DNA from: a virus
Virus genome (UHGV): UHGV-0812067
Length of the DNA stretch: 17,252 nucleotides
Strand: one strand, 5' to 3'
The translations under genes were made by a program, and so were the position numbers. The notes under the pieces were generated by a model, which was not told the origin of the DNA, did no database searches, and saw only the letters and a program-made list of their open reading frames with translations. This document shows, piece by piece, positions 15,940 to 17,252 of the stretch. Numbering within the stretch: the stretch's first letter is position 1; every line of letters begins with the position of its first letter.

Positions 15940-16132
15940 AAAAAGGCCATTTCCATTCAGGGTCTGATGGAAATACTTCAGCCTGTTCCAAAGCACGGCG
16001 TAAAGAGAATACAACTCCAGCCATAATCTGATGTTTCCCATTGGTCCAGCTATCGCTGCTCTGATCTACAGGAGCGGCTATGTCGTATGACCAAACGACT
16101 TCACCACTATTGTTTAAAATCTGGACTTTCAT
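15857..16132 (-). CDS. hypothetical 91-aa ORF, first ORF downstream of the putative leftward early promoter
   Basis: ATG at 16132 with GGAGG 12 nt upstream (long spacer). The C-terminal third overlaps the + ORF and contains a hairpin (15949-15974), so the true extent is uncertain. Confidence 0.3.
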   Translation of the reverse strand: MKVQILNNSGEVVWSYDIAAPVDQSSDSWTNGKHQIMAGVVFSLRRALEQAEVFPSDPEWKWPFSICPNSESTFQKIGQKVALEEHQPTVS

Positions 16133-16249
16133 TTTGTTCTTTAACCTCCAGATACGGGCGTTTAATTGCCCCGCCGAACAGCTCTTTTCCGCAATAGCTG
16201 CAATGTCTTTCGCGCATCAGCCTGCGCATTCACCACAACTCTAAAAACA

Positions 16250-16303
16250 AATGTAGGACATCCAACATGTGAGTGTCAAGAGTTTATGTTGGTTATCCTA
16301 CAT
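16250..16303 (-). promoter_or_regulatory. putative leftward early promoter (PL-like) with two 18-bp operators
   Basis: On the minus strand: TTGACA (complement of 16274-16279), 18-bp spacer, TACATT (complement of 16250-16255). Operator atgtaggacatccaacat (16251-16268) overlaps the spacer and -10; a second operator atgttggttatcctacat (16286-16303) lies upstream. Confidence 0.6.
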
Positions 16304-16318
16304 AAAAAGATAGGCTCA

Positions 16319-16346
16319 TAAAAAAACCGGGGATACCCCGGTTTTG
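16319..16346 (-). terminator. rho-independent terminator downstream of the repressor gene (bidirectional shape)
   Basis: ccgggg-ata-ccccgg stem (16327-16341), flanked by an A7 run (16320-16326, a U-tract on the minus strand) and TTTT (16342-16345) on the plus strand. Confidence 0.8.
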
Positions 16347-16365
16347 CGATAGTGAGGAAGATGTG

Positions 16366-17019
16366 TCAAAAATCCATTATTACTTGTTTGACAAGACCAA
16401 CTATTCTGCAGTTCTCACCGCATTCAATAGTTTTATAGTTAGGATTTAGTGGGACGAGATACCTGTTCGGCCAGTCCTCAACAAATTTTTTGAGTGTCGC
16501 TTCTTGCCCACCATTGATATGGGCAACAACGATTTTTCCGTTAATACACTCTGTATCAATAATATCTGGCTCTACGATAACGATAGAACCTTCTGGTATC
16601 GATGGTGAGCCGAGGGGATTGGTCATTGAATCACCACGGACCCGTAGTGCAAATGCCATTTCTGATACAAGGGCGGTAGTATAAACCCACTCTTCAGCAT
16701 CTTCTTTCCTGACACCAGGCTCCGTCATTGTCCATGAACCCGCCTGAACCCACGAGATGAGGGGGACTTTTTTAACTGCGAATATTTCAGGTTTTAGATT
16801 TATCTTTGGTTCAGGCGAGCCTTTTCCGCTAACAAGCCACAGAGGATCGCATTTAAGTGCGTTGGCTAGGGCTTGAAGGTTGGCTCCATTTGGTTGGTAG
16901 TCGTCCTTTTCCCATCCAGTAACCGTGACACGGTTCACACCAGTCAAATCAGCCAGTGCTTGTTGTGTCAGGTTCAGTTCTTTTCGCCTTTGGCGAATAC
17001 GATCACTCATGTTCATCAT
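16366..17019 (-). CDS. CI-like phage repressor (N-terminal HTH + C-terminal LexA/S24-type autocleavage domain)
   Basis: 217 aa. N-terminal HTH (RIRQRRKELNLTQQALADLTGVNRVTVTGWEKD); C-terminal S24 peptidase features (...ALRVRGDSMTNP... with a downstream Lys). No strong SD, as is common for repressor genes. Confidence 0.9.
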   Translation of the reverse strand: MMNMSDRIRQRRKELNLTQQALADLTGVNRVTVTGWEKDDYQPNGANLQALANALKCDPLWLVSGKGSPEPKINLKPEIFAVKKVPLISWVQAGSWTMTEPGVRKEDAEEWVYTTALVSEMAFALRVRGDSMTNPLGSPSIPEGSIVIVEPDIIDTECINGKIVVAHINGGQEATLKKFVEDWPNRYLVPLNPNYKTIECGENCRIVGLVKQVIMDF

Positions 17020-17083
17020 GTAGGCAATCCTACCACATGCCCATGTAGGATTCTTGACATTGGTATGTTGGATATCCTACATT
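17018..17083 (+). promoter_or_regulatory. rightward operator/promoter region (OR/PR-like) between the repressor and Cro-like genes
   Basis: TTGACA (17054-17059), 18-bp spacer, TACATT (17078-17083). Operator atgttggatatcctacat (17065-17082) is 17/18 identical to the left operator. A related site atgtaggcaatcctacca (17018-17035) overlaps the repressor start codon, and there is a half-site atgtaggat (17043-17051). Confidence 0.65.
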
Positions 17084-17114
17084 TCTGCTTAACGTAATTT
17101 AACGGGAGACAGAA

Positions 17115-17252
17115 ATGCGGAAATCCGACGTGATTAATTATTTCGGCGGAGTTTGTAAAACCGCCGAAGCCCTAGGTATTAAGCATCCGTCTGTTTCAGA
17201 GTGGCCTGAGATTATTCCTGAAGGCCGAGCGTACCAGTTAGAAAAAATTACT
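17115..17252 (+). CDS. Cro-like small HTH regulator (3'-truncated by window edge)
   Basis: ATG at 17115 with GGGAG 6 nt upstream. Hand translation MRKSDVINYFGGVCKTAEALGIKHPSVSEWPEIIPEGRAYQLEKIT... resembles Cro/YdaS-type HTH proteins. It is divergent from the repressor gene. Confidence 0.6.
   Translation, partial: MRKSDVINYFGGVCKTAEALGIKHPSVSEWPEIIPEGRAYQLEKIT

Noticed and set aside
16141-16200. boxA/boxB-like nut site (gctctttt plus a gggc...gccc hairpin) in the leader downstream of the left promoter
   Set aside because: The motifs are on the plus strand and in the wrong order relative to the leftward transcript, and the hairpin stem is only 4 bp. The evidence is insufficient to call an antitermination site.
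16490-17097. Plus-strand ORFs 16490-16684 and 16873-17097 overlapping the repressor gene
   Set aside because: They are antisense to the clearly identified CI-like repressor and run across the operator/promoter region.
1-17252. Scan for CRISPR arrays, tRNA or rRNA genes, and IS-element terminal inverted repeats
   Set aside because: No regularly spaced direct repeats, no tRNA-like conserved arm sequences, and no transposase ORF were seen. The only recombinase-associated repeats are the inversion sites and the GGGAACCT clusters described above.

Overview
This window reads as a contiguous temperate-phage (prophage-type) segment joining a Mu/e14-like contractile-tail baseplate and tail-fibre module to a lambdoid recombination, early and immunity region. 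All calls are from reading the sequence and the supplied ORF track; no database search was run. From left to right: (i) the 3' end of an AT-rich ORF of unknown function followed by a hairpin and T-run; (ii) a co-directional, start/stop-overlapping operon encoding Mu gp43-gp48-like baseplate proteins and a tail fibre with a glycine-rich C-terminal domain; (iii) an approximately 1.8 kb invertible tail-fibre segment (Gin/Cin/Pin/Hin-type switch) bounded by an 11-bp inverted repeat, with a silent alternative fibre C-terminus and a second chaperone on the minus strand, followed by the serine DNA invertase gene; (iv) a dinI-like gene preceded by two LexA-box-like palindromes, directly abutting a tyrosine integrase; (v) a low-GC cargo operon encoding a Panacea-domain (DUF4065, PanA/SocA-like) protein translationally coupled to an unrecognisable 139-aa protein, plus a small terminator-bounded gene, which is the best candidate for an undescribed toxin-antitoxin or anti-phage module; (vi) a leftward early operon (PrtN-like regulator, DEDDh exonuclease, several hypotheticals, HD-domain hydrolase, RdgC homologue); (vii) a compact immunity region with a CI-like repressor flanked by near-identical operator/promoter units and the start of a Cro-like gene. 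No rRNA, tRNA or CRISPR array was found.
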